Source of the DNA: Lama guanicoe | Taxonomy: Eukaryota | NCBI GenBank assembly: GCA_013239625.1 | Contig: MU053652.1 | Span: 6,005,902 to 6,069,901 of the forward strand | Direction: 5' to 3' | Length of the DNA: 64,000 nucleotides | Part shown: positions 1-14,182 of the stretch, one piece after another | Layout: each line of letters starts with the position of its first letter | Numbering within the stretch: position 1 is the first letter of the stretch | Notes under the pieces: model-generated | Database searches by the model: none | Told to the model about the DNA's origin: nothing | The model's input: the letters and a program-made list of their open reading frames with translations, nothing else | Translations under genes and position numbers: made by a program

Positions 1-3000
1 TTAACGGTCTCTCGGGAAGAAGACACCATTATGTCCTCCGCTGTGTCATGACTGGTCAAAAAGTTACATTTTGTTGGGCTTATTTTTAGGCATCTGAGAG
101 CTTAGGTAGCTGTTTTTTAACTGAATATAACTTAAAAATAAATGTAGGAGACATTTTTATTTCATCAAACAATGTGAGAATGGCCTTGGGCCAGGTGCAC
201 TAAATCGGGCCTGGGGTTCTAGAGGCCCCTATATCACTCTTATCAAATTCTGTAATTTATTTCCACTTTTTAAACTCTAAAATGTAGGTTATAATAACTT
301 TTTAATTATAGGGTTGTTAAGAGAACCAAATGGGCTAACGAAGGAGAAAGTGCTAAGAAATACTTTAAAGTGAGACATAAAAAAGATTGACATTCTCTCA
401 GAAACAGGTTTTTTTAAAAAAAAATCAATCATTAATTGCTAGAATGTTGAGGCATGAGTATTCAGTTCTAGTACAGTCTTCAGCTTTATTTTCATTAAAT
501 TGAATTCCTGAATTCTTGATTTCCTTTAGATTCAACATAGTTTATTTTAGACATTGCGCAATAAAAAACAGTCTTTTATAATCATTAGTGGCCCAGAGAT
601 TGTGATATTTTGTTGTTCTGTCTACTTTACACCAACCTCCCACTTATTAAGTCAATGGGTAAAGTCAAGTGGATGATTAAAAGAACCCTATGAACTGTCT
701 GAACAATGTGTGCCTTGGTTCTGATGTTCTTCTGTCTCATTGCAGACCCAACACAGGTTCAGTTAACATTCTCTATCCTTTTGTGCAGCGACACTTAGCT
801 ACCTGAACAGATTGCACACTGCCCGGGAAAAAAAAAATCAGTTTTTCAATACACCCAGATCTTATGTCTCTGAGAAATACTTTCCATCACTTTCCTTTGA
901 GCCAATATTTGCCATTGCCCTGAAAAATATGCACTGCAGCTAGAAAGATACAACCAGCTCAGGCAAGCAAGCCCCCGGTGGGTTTAGGGCACTTCTTGGG
1001 TCCCCTGGCTCTTTATCTAGAGCCTGGAAATGACTGACACACATCGAAGGGAGAACCTCCTCAGACACTGAAAATGGCATCCTGGAGTCTGTCTGCAACA
1101 ATTTTCCAACTGTTTCAACGGTGGAAAAATGCAAAGGTGCAGAAACATAAAAGTCAAATTCAAAATGTAATAGAAAAATGAAAAGGAAATAGAAGGGGAA
1201 GATGGTGATAAAAAGAAATGTATGAATTGCTTTTTTTATTTAGTAGTCTTATCAAAGTCTTGAGGGGTGTGTTCTGTCCGTTGAAGTCCAGAGTCCTTGG
1301 GCATCTATGAAACTATCATGAATTTTTCAACTGCTTTCCATTTTAAATTTTTGAAAGCAAGGGCATTTACATTTGGCATCCACCCAGCAGATACAAAACA
1401 GCACAACAGAGCTCTTATAAGTTTTTTTTTTTTTGAATTCAATCCTCATAAAAGTGGTACAATTACAATTGAGGGAAAGCATGGAAAATGGCTTTGCCCT
1501 GAATTTTGATAGCCTTGTTGAATCGTTCAATCTACCGTCATTCCGGTCATTCTGTCATTAGTCTTTTCCTCTCAAGTCCTTTGATGGCAATCGTGTTTTA
1601 CAGATGATCCCATTAATTCACTGGAAGTCAAGTGATTAGCTCTGCTTGGCAGGCAGGTGCAGGGTTAAGATTAGATAAAAGTCCCTCAGGTTCAGGAGAT
1701 TGCTAAGCCTTGAGGGCAGCAACCAGACATTCCAAAATCACCTCTCAGCTTCCCCCACCACTTTCAAAAGAAATTTTTTTTTCCTTTGCAGAAAAAGTCT
1801 CTCAAAGATTTTAAGGATCAGGTTGCTAGAAATATATGCTTTTCTCCTCAGAAGCTGTGATGATAAATTTAGGGAGAATTTCTTGAAGCAAATATATTTC
1901 AATGTGTGCAATACACATGAAACTAATAACCTGGTAAATATTTATTTGACCTGCTAATGTTCCAGGCACTGCAGTAGGCTCTGTTGGGGTCACAAAGACA
2001 TGTAGCTCTTAGAATCTGCCCACATTGATCCATTAATTCATTGCTTCCTGGTTTTATCCATTGATTTATGTCAGTCAGTGACTGTTAAATTAATGAAAAA
2101 GTAGCTGATCAGGAAAAGTTTAGTGTCACAGCATCAGAAGGATAAAGTGTTAATGGGCAGAGGAGTCTGGGTCATTTCAGGCATAGGAAATAACATGACA
2201 CTTTACCTCCCAAATAAATCCCAGAAGTGGAAAGGCATTATTAAACCTATACTTAACGCTTAGTCAGTAGCATATACCCTGATACACGTGGAGTGTTTTG
2301 TGCCAGGAGCGTAACTGAAAAATAATCTTAATGTACATTAAATATTGATAAAAAGATTGTATTATAAAAGATAAACATCTCTTTTGTTAATTTTCCTGCA
2401 AAGTTATGTTCATTTGTTTAGTTTTCCTTCCATGGGGGAAAAGAGGACAATTTTATTCTATTTCAGTCCTTGTAACACACTCCTCTAAACAAAATTATAA
2501 CAAAGAGCAAGCCACTACATACGCTATGAAAATTCCCCTTCCATTTACTGTAGGAGGAAAACAACTCTTAAGATTAATTGTGAGGGCTTCACCAGAGTAT
2601 TGCCTAATTAAAGATGACCAGAGAAGTGCCAGCCTTGGAGAATTCTTTAATTTGACAGCCTAGATACTTAGCATGTTTGAAAAGGAGTTCTGCAATCCAT
2701 TCCATTAGTATGAACCTCTGGAACTTAGCCCAAACAATAGTCGTGCACAAAGGGATCGCCTGCTTCCTCAAATAGCAAACATTTACTGCATTTGCTTGCG
2801 TTGTTTTTCACCTTTGTAGTAGATATTTTACTACTAAAATAAAATAACTGTTTTATGGAAAAAAATTGCTTGAAGGGGCAGACTGTGGTGAACTTGGGGA
2901 TCCAGCCTTTGCAGCCTTGGGGATAATTTCCACCTGAAGGTTGGGTAAGAGCGTTTTTGAAACAATGTGAGCAGCACTTAAGCACCACTTCTATTATTTT

Positions 3001-3949
3001 TATCAAACAGTGTTTTTAATGCTTCTTTGTTCTCCCCTTGTTGAAGCTTCACATTGGTAACTGCTGACTGATGCTCAAAAGAGAGGGGATTATGGAAGAT
3101 AATAAGCCCGGGATACCAAGATATTAATTCCACTAAATTTGGGGATGGGGAAAAATGCAGAAGATGTGAGGCAATGTTATAAACTTTTCAAAAGATAAAA
3201 AGAGTGACCTGCAGAGGGAAGATGTGCTGATGATGTGTTATTCGGGCACTAAAAGTGTTTTCCTTCACTGCCCCTTTCGGAGTGGAAACTTTCTTAGTTC
3301 TGCAGACCTTAACTCACTACCTTATCTACATCAATCCCCATCTTCACCTCCATCCCTCCAGCCCCCTCTCTCCCTGCGCTGCTCTGACTTCCTCCATTGC
3401 CAGCTTCCTTTTAATCTCAGAAAACAAACATCTTCAAGTTTCTTCACTCATAAAAGAAGAGTAAAAAGAAATAAGTAAAAACACCTCCCTGTGTTAAATT
3501 AGATAGGAGGAATTCTGTCTTTTATACTTATGCCAGATCATTACGATGTGTACTTTAAATATCTTACAATTTTCTTTTTCAATTACACCTCAATAAAGAT
3601 GGGGAAACAAACCCACAAAATACACCATCTTTAAACCTCCTGCTCAGCTGCTGGTTATCAGATCTCTCTCAATCCTTATAAAACCTGGACTCCCGGGTGT
3701 GGCCACTGCATTATGTACCAGGATAGGTATTCCCAATTTTCCTCTTCCTCCAAGGTGGCATCCTGGCATGGCGGCATGGCACTGGTACTGATTCTGCCTT
3801 TAATATTTTGATATTTTTCCATAGATTTTTGCCTTAATTTTGGTTTAAGAAATTTTTTTTTAATTAATGTGTTGTTTATCTTTGTTTCAGAGGGTTTTTT
3901 GCCCTTAATGTTTGCATCCGAGTGCCTCACTCACTCCCCTCGTTCACCT

Positions 3950-4822
3950 CCCCCTAGTCCTGGCCCTGCATAACCACTTGCATATTTGGTGGGTAACTCA
4001 GGATAATCGTATCTACTTTCAGTCAGATCTCCTCTCACAGTGTCGCTCCCCGTTTCTGTGAACGTCATCACGTTTTCCTTGGTTGCCAAAGCCTGAAATC
4101 TGGGACATCCTAAACACACCTTCACCCTTATCCCCGTCTCCTCAGCCATGCAATCAACAATCATGTTTTGCCTCCTTTAGCTCTTTAATAGCTTTCTTCA
4201 GAGAAAGGTAAGACCCTCATAATTTCTTTTCTGAATTGATACAATAGTGTTCTATTCTTTTTGTGCCAGTGTGTCCCCCATCCTTCCCCAGTTAACATGG
4301 TTGCAGCAGAGAAATCATTCTAAAATGCAAATCTGAGCATTCCCCCCTTGACTACTCGAAAACCTCCAGTACCTCCCCATACTCCAAGATAGAATCCGAT
4401 ATCCTTAGCAAGACATGTAAGAACCTTAATCACTTGGCCCTGTTAAACCCTTCATTTCCATCTCCTGCCACTGACCAATTAAGACCGTTGCTAGAATACT
4501 TGCAGGGCCATAAACAGGCTATTTCCTCATAGCTTTGAGCCTTCTAGTGTGTTATTTCATCTGCCTGAAGTTCTCTTCCTGTAAAGTTCATTCAGTTCAC
4601 AGGTCACGTTCTCCAGGAAGTCTTCCAGATGTCTGCGGTCCGAGCTAGGCATCCATTCCACCTGCTCCCTGTCACTTAGCGCTTGCCTCTCACGGCTCTT
4701 GCACTGCTTCCCAATCAGTCTCACCAGGCTGTGAGCGACGTGGAACCAGGGACTATATATTTTAACCCTTTGTCTCTAGTGCGTGATCTTGTTCTTGGCA
4801 CAAAGTAGGTATTTCTCAAATT
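3950..4822 (+). mobile_element. L2 3' region
   Basis: gccaaagcctgaaatctgggacatcc...tctaaaatgcaaatctga...tggcacaaagtaggta. Confidence 0.7.
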
Positions 4823-5939
4823 ACGGAAGACGTCAGTCTGGATACCATTTTTTCTTTTCTTATTTTACTTATAATATAAACAAAGCTTTCTTTAAAAATA
4901 TTTTCATATATTACTGATCTCAGATTATGATGGATCATAATATGTTTATCTGCCTAGAACTTGTTATTCTTGCATATAGACACATCAGTTCCTCCCCTTC
5001 CTACCCTACCTTACACATTCCTGGAGAAGTTACCCCAGCCAGGCAATTGTAGTAGGAACACAGAGCCTAAAAATCGTGACTTTTTCACAGGAGATCCATG
5101 AGGCAAGACCAGTGATGCAGGCTAGAGTTAAGCATCAGACAGGACCACACAAATTCTGTTTCTCATTCTTAAGCTTAGACCTCCAGATACATGATATTAT
5201 CAAGGCAAGAGACCATTCTTGGCCAGCTTAAATGCCTCTGGCTGGACTTTGGAGCTGGACAGAAATTGCATGGACATCTAGTCCAGCGCAGAACCTTGTG
5301 GGGCAAACATATCACAGGGGTCTGATTGACCCAGACTAATATAATTTAATAGCAAATGCATGACAGCATCATTAAATCTAAGTAGGCTTGCCTAAGCAGA
5401 ACCTGGATGAGACACAGAGATCTAAAATAGGACTTAGTATATTTCAACATTCAAGAGCTTTCTTGATCACTTTAAGGCATGCTAAGAATTTTCCATAGAT
5501 ATGACAGTTATGAGGCACTTAATGGAATACTTTGCAAATCAATTGCAAAAAAATGAGGAAAAAAATGAGTAAGAAACAGCTAAAGTAAAAAATGAAGCTG
5601 CTATAAATATAGATAATAGCTTCCATTAAAAGTGTCTTCCAACACTGGAAAGTTTAATCACAGTTACACTCAAATCATTGGTTACACTCTATTTCACAGT
5701 TATCTAGCTTGGGAAAATCTATGCACCATTAAACATGATAGGTTCAATGTTTTTTATAATATCTGGTCAGCAGGGGAAAATTTTGTTACCTAATTTCATT
5801 AACAAGTTTCAGTTTCATTTAATTTTAACAATAACAATTAAAAGACAAGTACTATGTTTTAAATATGTAGGCAGCACTTAAAATAGAAGTAGATCCTGGA
5901 ATATAGTAGAACTGAATTTCTGGAAAAAAATAAAAACTG

Positions 5940-6990
5940 GTATCACAAATTACTGGGGAAAACAATGCATTTTCTTATTTGAAAAAGACTCAAGTTTAAA
6001 TTTTACCTCAAACCATACACCAATATAATTACAGTGAGACCAGATCAGGGTCTTATGTGTAATAACCAAATGTAAATCAATTATCTTGAAAAAATAGACA
6101 GTGTGTCTAATCTACAGAAGAGGGGGAATTTTTCTAAAAGGAACCGAGGGGAAAAAATCACATAGGGAAATAAAAATAGATTTAACAAAAGAAAAACTTT
6201 AAACACTGTAAACAAAGTTAAGAAAAGATAGCTGGGAGAAATATTTCCTTCAAACAGAAAAGAAAAATTAATATGCTGAATATTTACACTAGTCAAACAA
6301 ATTTCTAACAACTTCCCTCAAGCTCCTAAAATATAAATCAACAAAGAACATATTTAAACAATTCACAGAAGAAACACTTAACTATTTATGGAAACTATTA
6401 CACTTTAAAAGTAATCGATTAAACATAACTTAAGACATCATTTTTCACCTACTGAATCAGAAAATATATTCAGGAGAAGTATTTCGGGTTGATGAGAGGG
6501 CACCGAAATGAGGATTCTCTTTTATATGGCTATCAAAAGATTAAATAGGTTATAAAATAAAGAAAACTTTCTGGAATAGAACTTGCCAGTTATTTTCTTC
6601 TTATCCTTTGGTTCAGAAATAGCTCTTCCAAGAGTTTTACTCTAACAAGTAATCTGAAATAAGAAGTATTCGTGCACAAAGATTTTCATTAAAGCATCCT
6701 ACGTTAGAAAAAATACACAAGTGGCAATAAAATGGAATATAATATCAACTTTAAGATGACAATAATTTAATAAAAAGCAAACATCCTTTTAAGTATAATA
6801 TGCAAATCATATTCATGGTGTATATAAGACTTATATAAACAAAAAGACTGAAAGAAGAATGCTGGTCCATTACAAGAGTATGTATGGTTGGCAGCTTTAT
6901 TGTTAATTGACTATTGTTTTCTTGTATTTTTCTCTCTCCCCTTGATTTTCCAAAAGGGGCATTTGTTACCTTCAAAATCAGGAAAATAAA
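5940..6990 (+). mobile_element. Highly decayed L1ME fragments
   Basis: A-rich, with ttacctcaaaccatacac, acaattcacagaagaa, catcatttttcacct and gcacaaagattttcatt motifs. Confidence 0.5.
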
Positions 6991-9434
6991 CATTGCTAAT
7001 AAAAGGATTTAGTTGCAAATGAATCACAAGGGGATCATAACACTTCCTGCTATTCACCAACCTTCAGTAAATTAGCAGATTCTTTGCACTCATGACAGAT
7101 TGGTTTTCCATCTTGCCATTCGTTATTCCAGTAAATGCCTACTGTGATCTTTAGGGGAGATGCTGTATCTAATTAATAGTGGTAAAGTTTGAGGCAATTA
7201 TTAAGTTATTTACTTTTCTAGCCAACGCTTCCCTGTTAAGGGTTTGGGAGGGAACTACCATTCTTTGTGATCATTTAATGAGGGTAGTTAAATAAACAAA
7301 GCAGTAGGCTGTAAAAAGAATTCTCCTACAAAGTGTGACCTATTAATTTTCTGATCTTGCATCTTTTTTACTAGATTGATATTTGGAAGGTAATTATTTT
7401 ACTTTTTTTTTGGAGATTTGACATTTGTTGGGAATCAAATCCTGAAAGAATAACTCAGTTGAAATAACCTTAAGTAAATCCAAAGTTAGTAAGGAACTCT
7501 TCCACAGTAAGGAAGAGAGAAAAATTACAGCGTTTTTTTCCCAGTTAGGATGGCATGAAATTCTGTATTCTGCAGTTGGGAGAAGCAGTGGGGTAGTCTT
7601 TGAGATTCTGAAATAGTCTCAGTTCATTGCTCAGGGCCACAGTATTTTCCCGTCATGTGCTACTTGGAAGGGTTCACTCTTCCCGGGATGGCATATTGAA
7701 CACACCTTCCAAGTAGAGAGCAATGCTTTGTCTTGAAGATAGACAGCTTGCTTCTCAACCCCTTTAACACATGTCGCCCAATATTGACAGCAAGGACACA
7801 GAAACTAGCGTTAGCTGTCACTATCCTTGGTGGGTGACAACTGGAGGCCTTTGGGACTCAGCGATGAAGCATTTCCTCGCCATTCTGTTTGCCTCTTCTT
7901 CTACAGCAAGTCTGCAATACCTGCCATCATTACAGAGATTGGCACAATTACAGCAGAACTTCAGAGACAGCAGTGTGAAAATTAGTGCTGGTGCTCAGGG
8001 GTGTTTTCTGACTTTTGTGATGCAGAGAGTGTGTGAGCCCTCCCACTCTTCCGTCAAGGTCCTCCTCCCAGGAAATCCTGACTTTGTCTTATGATTAGGC
8101 AACATGGTCTTTCCCATCCCGGCCTTTCACTTCCGGTCCCCTGGCCTCCCAGCCCGTTTCTCCCTCCCTCAGGGTACCAGGGCTCTAGTCTTTTCTCCAT
8201 CCTACCCTACAACTGCCACTGAGAAGAAGATTTCTACACTCCTCTACACTCAAATCCAAATAGTAGTTAATTTATAGTCAGATTTCAATCACTCTTGGTT
8301 CCATTTGCATTTAAAAGGCTCCAAAGGTCTGAGTAGTCTACAGGACTACATTCGGATTGAGTAGAATTCCTTGAGTTGTCCGTAGGGAGTCCTGTGGGGG
8401 TTGGGGCCACTTCTTCCTGCCCAGCCAGCTCTGTTCTTGAAGCAGGGCAGACAATGAAATGGACCAGCTCCACTCTGCCTCTCCTGCTCACATGTTCACC
8501 TCCATGATTCCTGGGATCCAGGCTCATCCCTGCAGGCACACAGACTGCATTTCAGTGGGCCCGAGAGGGGCCTTCTTGAATATTGTTTTGGTCCTTTTGG
8601 CCAACCCTAGCAGCAGTAGCAACAAACTCAGAAGCAGCTCCAACACAGAAATTTGTCTTTGTTTTGATTACTTTGTTTACACCATTAGAGCTTATCTTTT
8701 ACGTTTTCCTCTGAACAACTTCTTTATGATAACCTGCACTATAGAGACCTCCCCACCTCACAGATTCCTGTCCATGTCATCTTAAACAGAGGAAAACAGA
8801 CCCCTCCAAATGATATTCAGTCAATCCAACAACTGTTACAGACACTTATATCCTCTCAAATTCAGTCGTACAGCAACAGACTTAGCCCTGATAATCCAGA
8901 GGCTTCTACTCACATATTTGGTGTATATATAAGTTGTAAGTATACATAAACACAGAGAAAGAACTGTTGAATTATTACCACAGGTGAAAACAGACCTGTA
9001 GTCCAAAGCTGATAAGCTGTCCATTCCCATAATCTCACCAGGCTTCTATTTTCTTCTATCCACAGCTTCCAAAACTCACTGTCATTCCCATTCAGCTCAG
9101 CTCTGCTCCACCATAGGACAACTGCACAATATGCTCTTAAACTTTTTCTTCAAACACAGAGAATATTTATTTTAAGTGAAAATATGCTTCTAAATCTTAG
9201 AGACTCATTTACCTTTTCTCAGTCATACCTAGGGTTCTACTGATCACTGAATAGATGATGAACAGACCTTTCTCAAAGACATTCTTCATCCAAGAGTTCT
9301 ACTCTCTCTGGCAGTAATAGGTCAAGAGAGAGGAATCATAGTATTTGTTTGCTTTGAGACCCCTTCTGTTGCCTTTTTAAATAACCCCTGTTCACCACCA
9401 CCACTCAGCAGTTACTCTTCCTTAAAAATACTAT

Positions 9435-9594
9435 ACATGAAATAGATATACAACAAGTTTAATATCTTGTAGTAACCTATAATGAAAAAGAATATGGAAA
9501 GGGAGATACATATGTATATGTATGAGTGAAACATTATCTATATGCCAGAAATTGACACAATATCGCAAACTGACTATACTTCATTAAAAAGAAA
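9435..9594 (+). mobile_element. Short young L1 3'-end fragment
   Basis: aatatcttgtagtaacctataatgaaaaagaatatg...ccagaaattgacacaa...gactatacttca, homologous to 46640-46790. Confidence 0.75.
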
Positions 9595-9838
9595 GTCCAT
9601 TCCACCCTTATATACCAGTCTCCCCCGATTCATGTTGGCATCATTTATTCCCATTTAAAATACTTATTTTTCTTGATAACTTCAATTGATAAACTCATAA
9701 ATTCTATTATCCTGATTGGTTTTGAAATTAATCTAAGCATCATATTACCACCAATTTCTTAGTCCCAATAAATTTTGCTTTCAGTCCTGTTTAACTGCAC
9801 ATCAGCATGGGTATGTTGAGGACCTCTGGATCATCCAG

Positions 9839-10262
9839 TGTATTTTTCAGAGTTCTCCAGGGAAACAGAACCAATACTATATGTAAATTTGTAGAGAGAG
9901 ATTTATTTTAAGAAATTGGCTCACACGATTGTTAAGGGCTAGCAAACCCAAAATCTGCAGGGCAGGCTAGAGAGTGGGAGACCCAGCGGGCTGGAAAGAG
10001 TTGATGTTGTCGTCTGGAGCTGAAAGCCAGATTGGAGATAGAGTTCCTTTTTACTCTGGGAATCTCAGTGTTTCCTCCTAAGGCCTTTAACTGATTGGAT
10101 ATCTGCCCACATCATGAAGCATAATCTGCTTTATTCAAAGTCTACTGATTTATACATTAATCACAGCTAAAAATGACCTCACAGAAACATCTAGACCAGT
10201 GTTTGATCAAACAACTGGACCCCACAGGCTAACCCAGTTGACGCAGATAGTTACACATCACA
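9839..10262 (-). mobile_element. MLT2-like ERVL solo LTR
   Basis: TG...CA termini. Internal gttctccagggaaacagaaccaata...gagatttattttaagaaattggctcac...ttgatcaaacaactgg. 5-bp flanks tccag / tctgg. Confidence 0.85.
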
Positions 10263-10695
10263 TCTGGTGTGGTTCTGCCTTTGAGAGGGTTAATGATAGT
10301 CTCTTGGTCTGATTTTCTTCCTGCTTCAGGGACCATACTTCAGCTTTCGTGTCTCTTTGTTCCCCCTACCCCGCCTTTTCTTTTTTTTTTTCTTTCTCTC
10401 TTTTTGGACAGCCCCTCTAAATATGGCTATCAAGGTTTGGTCCTTTGCTTTTCTATTACTCATTCTTTCTTCACAATCACATTTACCCCCAAAGTATCAT
10501 CTGTGAAGCTTAGACTATGTTCTGTGTAGCTTGATTCTCACTTTCTTCTGTTCATGGAGACCCCTTTAATTTTCTGGAAAATGTGAATGTGTATTTTCAA
10601 GATTTACTTTCATATGACCCTTTTTCAGTTCCCATTCCTCCTAGGTTTAATTGGCAACTCTTTCTCTGTCCTCGACAGTACTCTGAGTATATGTC

Positions 10696-10743
10696 ATATA
10701 TAAATATATATACATATATATATATAAATATATATATATATAT
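10696..10743. repeat. (TA)n microsatellite
   Basis: Imperfect TA run read directly. Confidence 0.9.
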
Positions 10744-10749
10744 GCAAAG

Positions 10750-12075
10750 ACTTTAACATATGTCTCCTATTGGATTTAGCACATTCAGAAAGTAAAAAGG
10801 CAAGCCGCAAGCCACAGAATAGGAAGGGACATTTACAATATATATAACAATCAAACAACATATATAAACAACAAACTTGTATGTATTCTGGAATACCTAT
10901 TAAGAAAAAAAAATCCTGCAAATCAATGAGAAAAAGGCAGGTAACCCAATAGGAAAAAATATGTGATATAAATTTATACTTCACAAATTTAAAAAAGGTT
11001 AAAATGGTTTTAAATCCCATTAATAATCTAGGAAATGAAAGTTCAAACCACAATAAGATTGTAGTATCTTTGAGAATGGCTAAATTTGAACAAACTGAGA
11101 CTACCAAGTATTGGCAAGGATGTGAAGCTATAAGGCTTCTCATGTACTGCTGGTGGGAGTCTAACCGGCTCAACTGCTCTGTAAACCATTTATGCATTTT
11201 CTGTTATGTTTAAAGACATTCATACTGGCCAATCTAGCAATTCCATTCCTAGTTATATACTCATTGGAAATACACACCCATTTGTAGCAGGACATATATG
11301 GAAAAATGTTTATAGCAGTAATGTGCATAATAGCCAAACTAGAAATAACCCATATGTTCATCAGTGCTAGTATAGATACACAAATTACAGTGTATCTCTA
11401 TAGTGAAATAGTATTCAGCAATGAAAATAAATGAATTACCCATAACTATAACAGGGAAGGTAATTCTCACAAATAAAATCAAAAGTAGCCAAGCAGATAA
11501 ACTGATTCCGTTATATAAAATTCAAGTAAGAAATAAAAGTGTTTGATTTTGTTTACATAAAGTTTAGGGGTTTAGGGGAAAAACAGGCAAAACAAAATTA
11601 AAAGTTCTACTTTAATGAAAAAAAAATGAAAACCAATATATGTACATATAGGCATGACTGGGACATTGGGCTCTACATCAGAAATTGACACATTGTAACT
11701 GATGGTACTTCAATAAAAAATTATTAAAAATAAAATAAAATATTAACAACTATAAGAAAAAAACCCTGAAAGATTTAGAAATGCACATCATGCACATTAG
11801 GTGAAAATGGTAAGAGGTAAATCAAGGAAAAGATTGTCTTAAAAGTCATAGTGGTTATCTTCAGACAAGAAGAGAGATCCGTGATTGGGAAAAGGTATGG
11901 GGGGGTCCATGAGGAATACATGGGGTGGGGAGCAGGTGTCTGAAAGTGCCAGCAGTGTTCTGTCTCCTGACCCACGTGGTGGTTATGCAGACGAGTGTTT
12001 TGTAATCATTCTTAAGGTGCATGCTTAGGTTTTGTTCAGTCTTCTCTATGTGTATTATATTTCATGGTGAAAACC
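10750..12075 (+). mobile_element. Old L1M (ME/MC-like) ORF2 end and 3'UTR
   Basis: ccaagtattggcaaggatgtg...tgctggtgggagt...ctagcaattccattcctag...tgtttatagcag motifs. Confidence 0.75.
11605..11745 (+). mobile_element. Short young L1 3'-end fragment nested in an older L1M
   Basis: gcatgactgggacatt...agaaattgacacattgtaactga...caataaaaaa, homologous to 46720-46790. Confidence 0.75.
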
Positions 12076-13297
12076 TCTTTCTCTCTATATATAGATATAC
12101 AAAGATGAAAACAGGGAGCAGTGAGCTACCACAACTGTGGGGTGATAGGCACTGTGATGGGAACAAGGCGAGCCAATGATTTCTGGCTGGTCTGCCACAT
12201 ACCTTTGGGCTGAAGGAGCTGGTACCACATTAGTCCAGAAGCTGTGCATTGCTTTCCACTGAATTCACAGTGTAGAAGGGCAATCAGGAGTGACAGGAGC
12301 ATGCCCAGCTTCCAGGCTTCAACAACCCGTGACTAACACAGGCTAACAGAATACACAGGACACAAGGTGCATGGGCTCCCAGTTCTCCGATGTGTAGGCT
12401 TTCTCCAGATTGCCCAATCCAGATAACCCTGAGAGTCTGCAGTATTGGTCACGTTTCACCATGAACCCACCCCTCTTGTCATGGATCTCTTTCCACGTGC
12501 TGAAGAGCAGCAAAACCTCTCCAGGCCAGGCTCTTCAGATGCTGTCCCTGGACAGGCCACTTACTAGGTTTTGCTGCCCCAGATGGAGTTGCAGGGCAGT
12601 TAAAGTCTGACAGGTCTACAAATAACAGGGCCGTCTTCTCCTGATAACTAGAGTGTGTTGCTTGAAGATGCCTCTGCTCCAGGTGCAGAGTTCTGTCCCT
12701 CTCCCTAAACTTTATCTAGCAAAGCGAAGAAGAGGATATTCTCTTCCATAGCATCGTCAGAAAGAAACAAGTCATAGCAGAAATCGGTGGGAGCCAACAT
12801 GGTAATATACAAAATGGGCCATTTCTCCAAGCTGAGCCCATGGTGCTCGGAGGGACTCCAGCATCAGCGAGAGTCTGCTGTGACTCCGTCTGCTTTCCCT
12901 TCCAAGAATCAGATGCTAAGTCCAGAATCTCAGCCTAGACCATCTACTCCCTTCTGGTAGGTGTGCTCAAAAGAACTTTCTTTTGTTTTTCTCTCTATCT
13001 TCCTTCCCTCCATTATTGCCTCACTCCCATCCATCTCCTTCCCTCCCTCCTGCTCACCTTCCTTTTATCCACAAATATTTATATGCCAGGCAGTGTGCTA
13101 GGCAATGTAGAACAGTAGTGAAAAAGTTCAACATGTGTCTTCTTTCATGAAGGTCACAATTTCCTGCCTTCTGGCCTTATTTTGGGGTATCTAAGAACCC
13201 CGAAATGTTTTAATGACTGTCGTACAGAAAAAGGAATGCAGCCCAGATTTATTTTCTCCCAGGGGATCTTTAATCTATACTAACTCATCATTCACAG

Positions 13298-13431
13298 TTG
13301 ATTTAATTTCTTGGGGAAGGTAATTAGGTTTATTTATTTATGTATTTATTTATTGACGGTACCGGGGATCAAACCCAGGACCTCATGCATGCTAAGCACA
13401 CACTCTACCACTGAGCTATACCCTCTCCCCT
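13298..13431 (-). mobile_element. Camelid-type tRNA-derived SINE (Vic-1-like) with TSD
   Basis: Minus strand reads ggggagagggtatagctcagtggtagag...gaggtcctgggtttgatcccc (A and B boxes) followed by a (TAAA)n tail. TSD taactcatcattca(c/t)ag at 13281-13297 and 13432-13448. Confidence 0.9.
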
Positions 13432-14182
13432 TAACTCATCATTCATAGATAGAAAAGAGTCATGGGAGTGAGGGACCTGCCCATCTCCCAAAGACCGTAA
13501 GACTTTCCAACACAAGCAGCTAATGTCTAAGCCCTTGCCTCGGCAAAAACATCTTGGTTGTATAACGTCTATCCTTTGTAACATATTTAAATGCTTAGTG
13601 TAATTAAGAAAGGTGCATTAACTTTTATTTAATTAATATGACACATACTTGACATTTAATAAGTCCTATAGATGAACAGTTAAGTAGAGAGATGAGGGGA
13701 GGGAGAGAAGATGTAGGAATGGGAGAGAGACACCTGGGAGAAAAGACGAGAAGAGAGCGTCTTCCTAATATGTTCACACTTTACATGGAGAGCAGAAGGC
13801 AATTGTTTTATCTCTGCCCTTTGACAGTCTCATTGGTTGTTCAAGAGGAGTTTCAGCACTCCAGCCACTCTCGTCTTGAATGGAGAGTTTACCAGGAATG
13901 AGTTAACCATAGCACCCAACAGGCATGAGTATGAGATAAGGTGGCCGCGCAGACCACACCGACGTTGACCTAAGGCTGGTTGAATTGAGACTAGGACCTT
14001 GCCTGGGTGTTTTTCAATCTCGCGACAACCCAGTTGTGTTGGAGTGGAGCATAGGATAAAACTGTGGATTCAGCAAATATAGACATCAAATCTCTCACCT
14101 GGGCAGGTGTCCCTGCTTTTTTTTTTTTTTTGTCACCATTTCTCTCACCCTCTGTGGTCTGCTCCTTCAGTATATCCTAGGA

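Noticed and set aside
13298..13431. tRNA-like A/B boxes (also at 22598-22806 and 31845-31943)
   Set aside because: These are SINE heads with simple-repeat tails, not tRNA genes.
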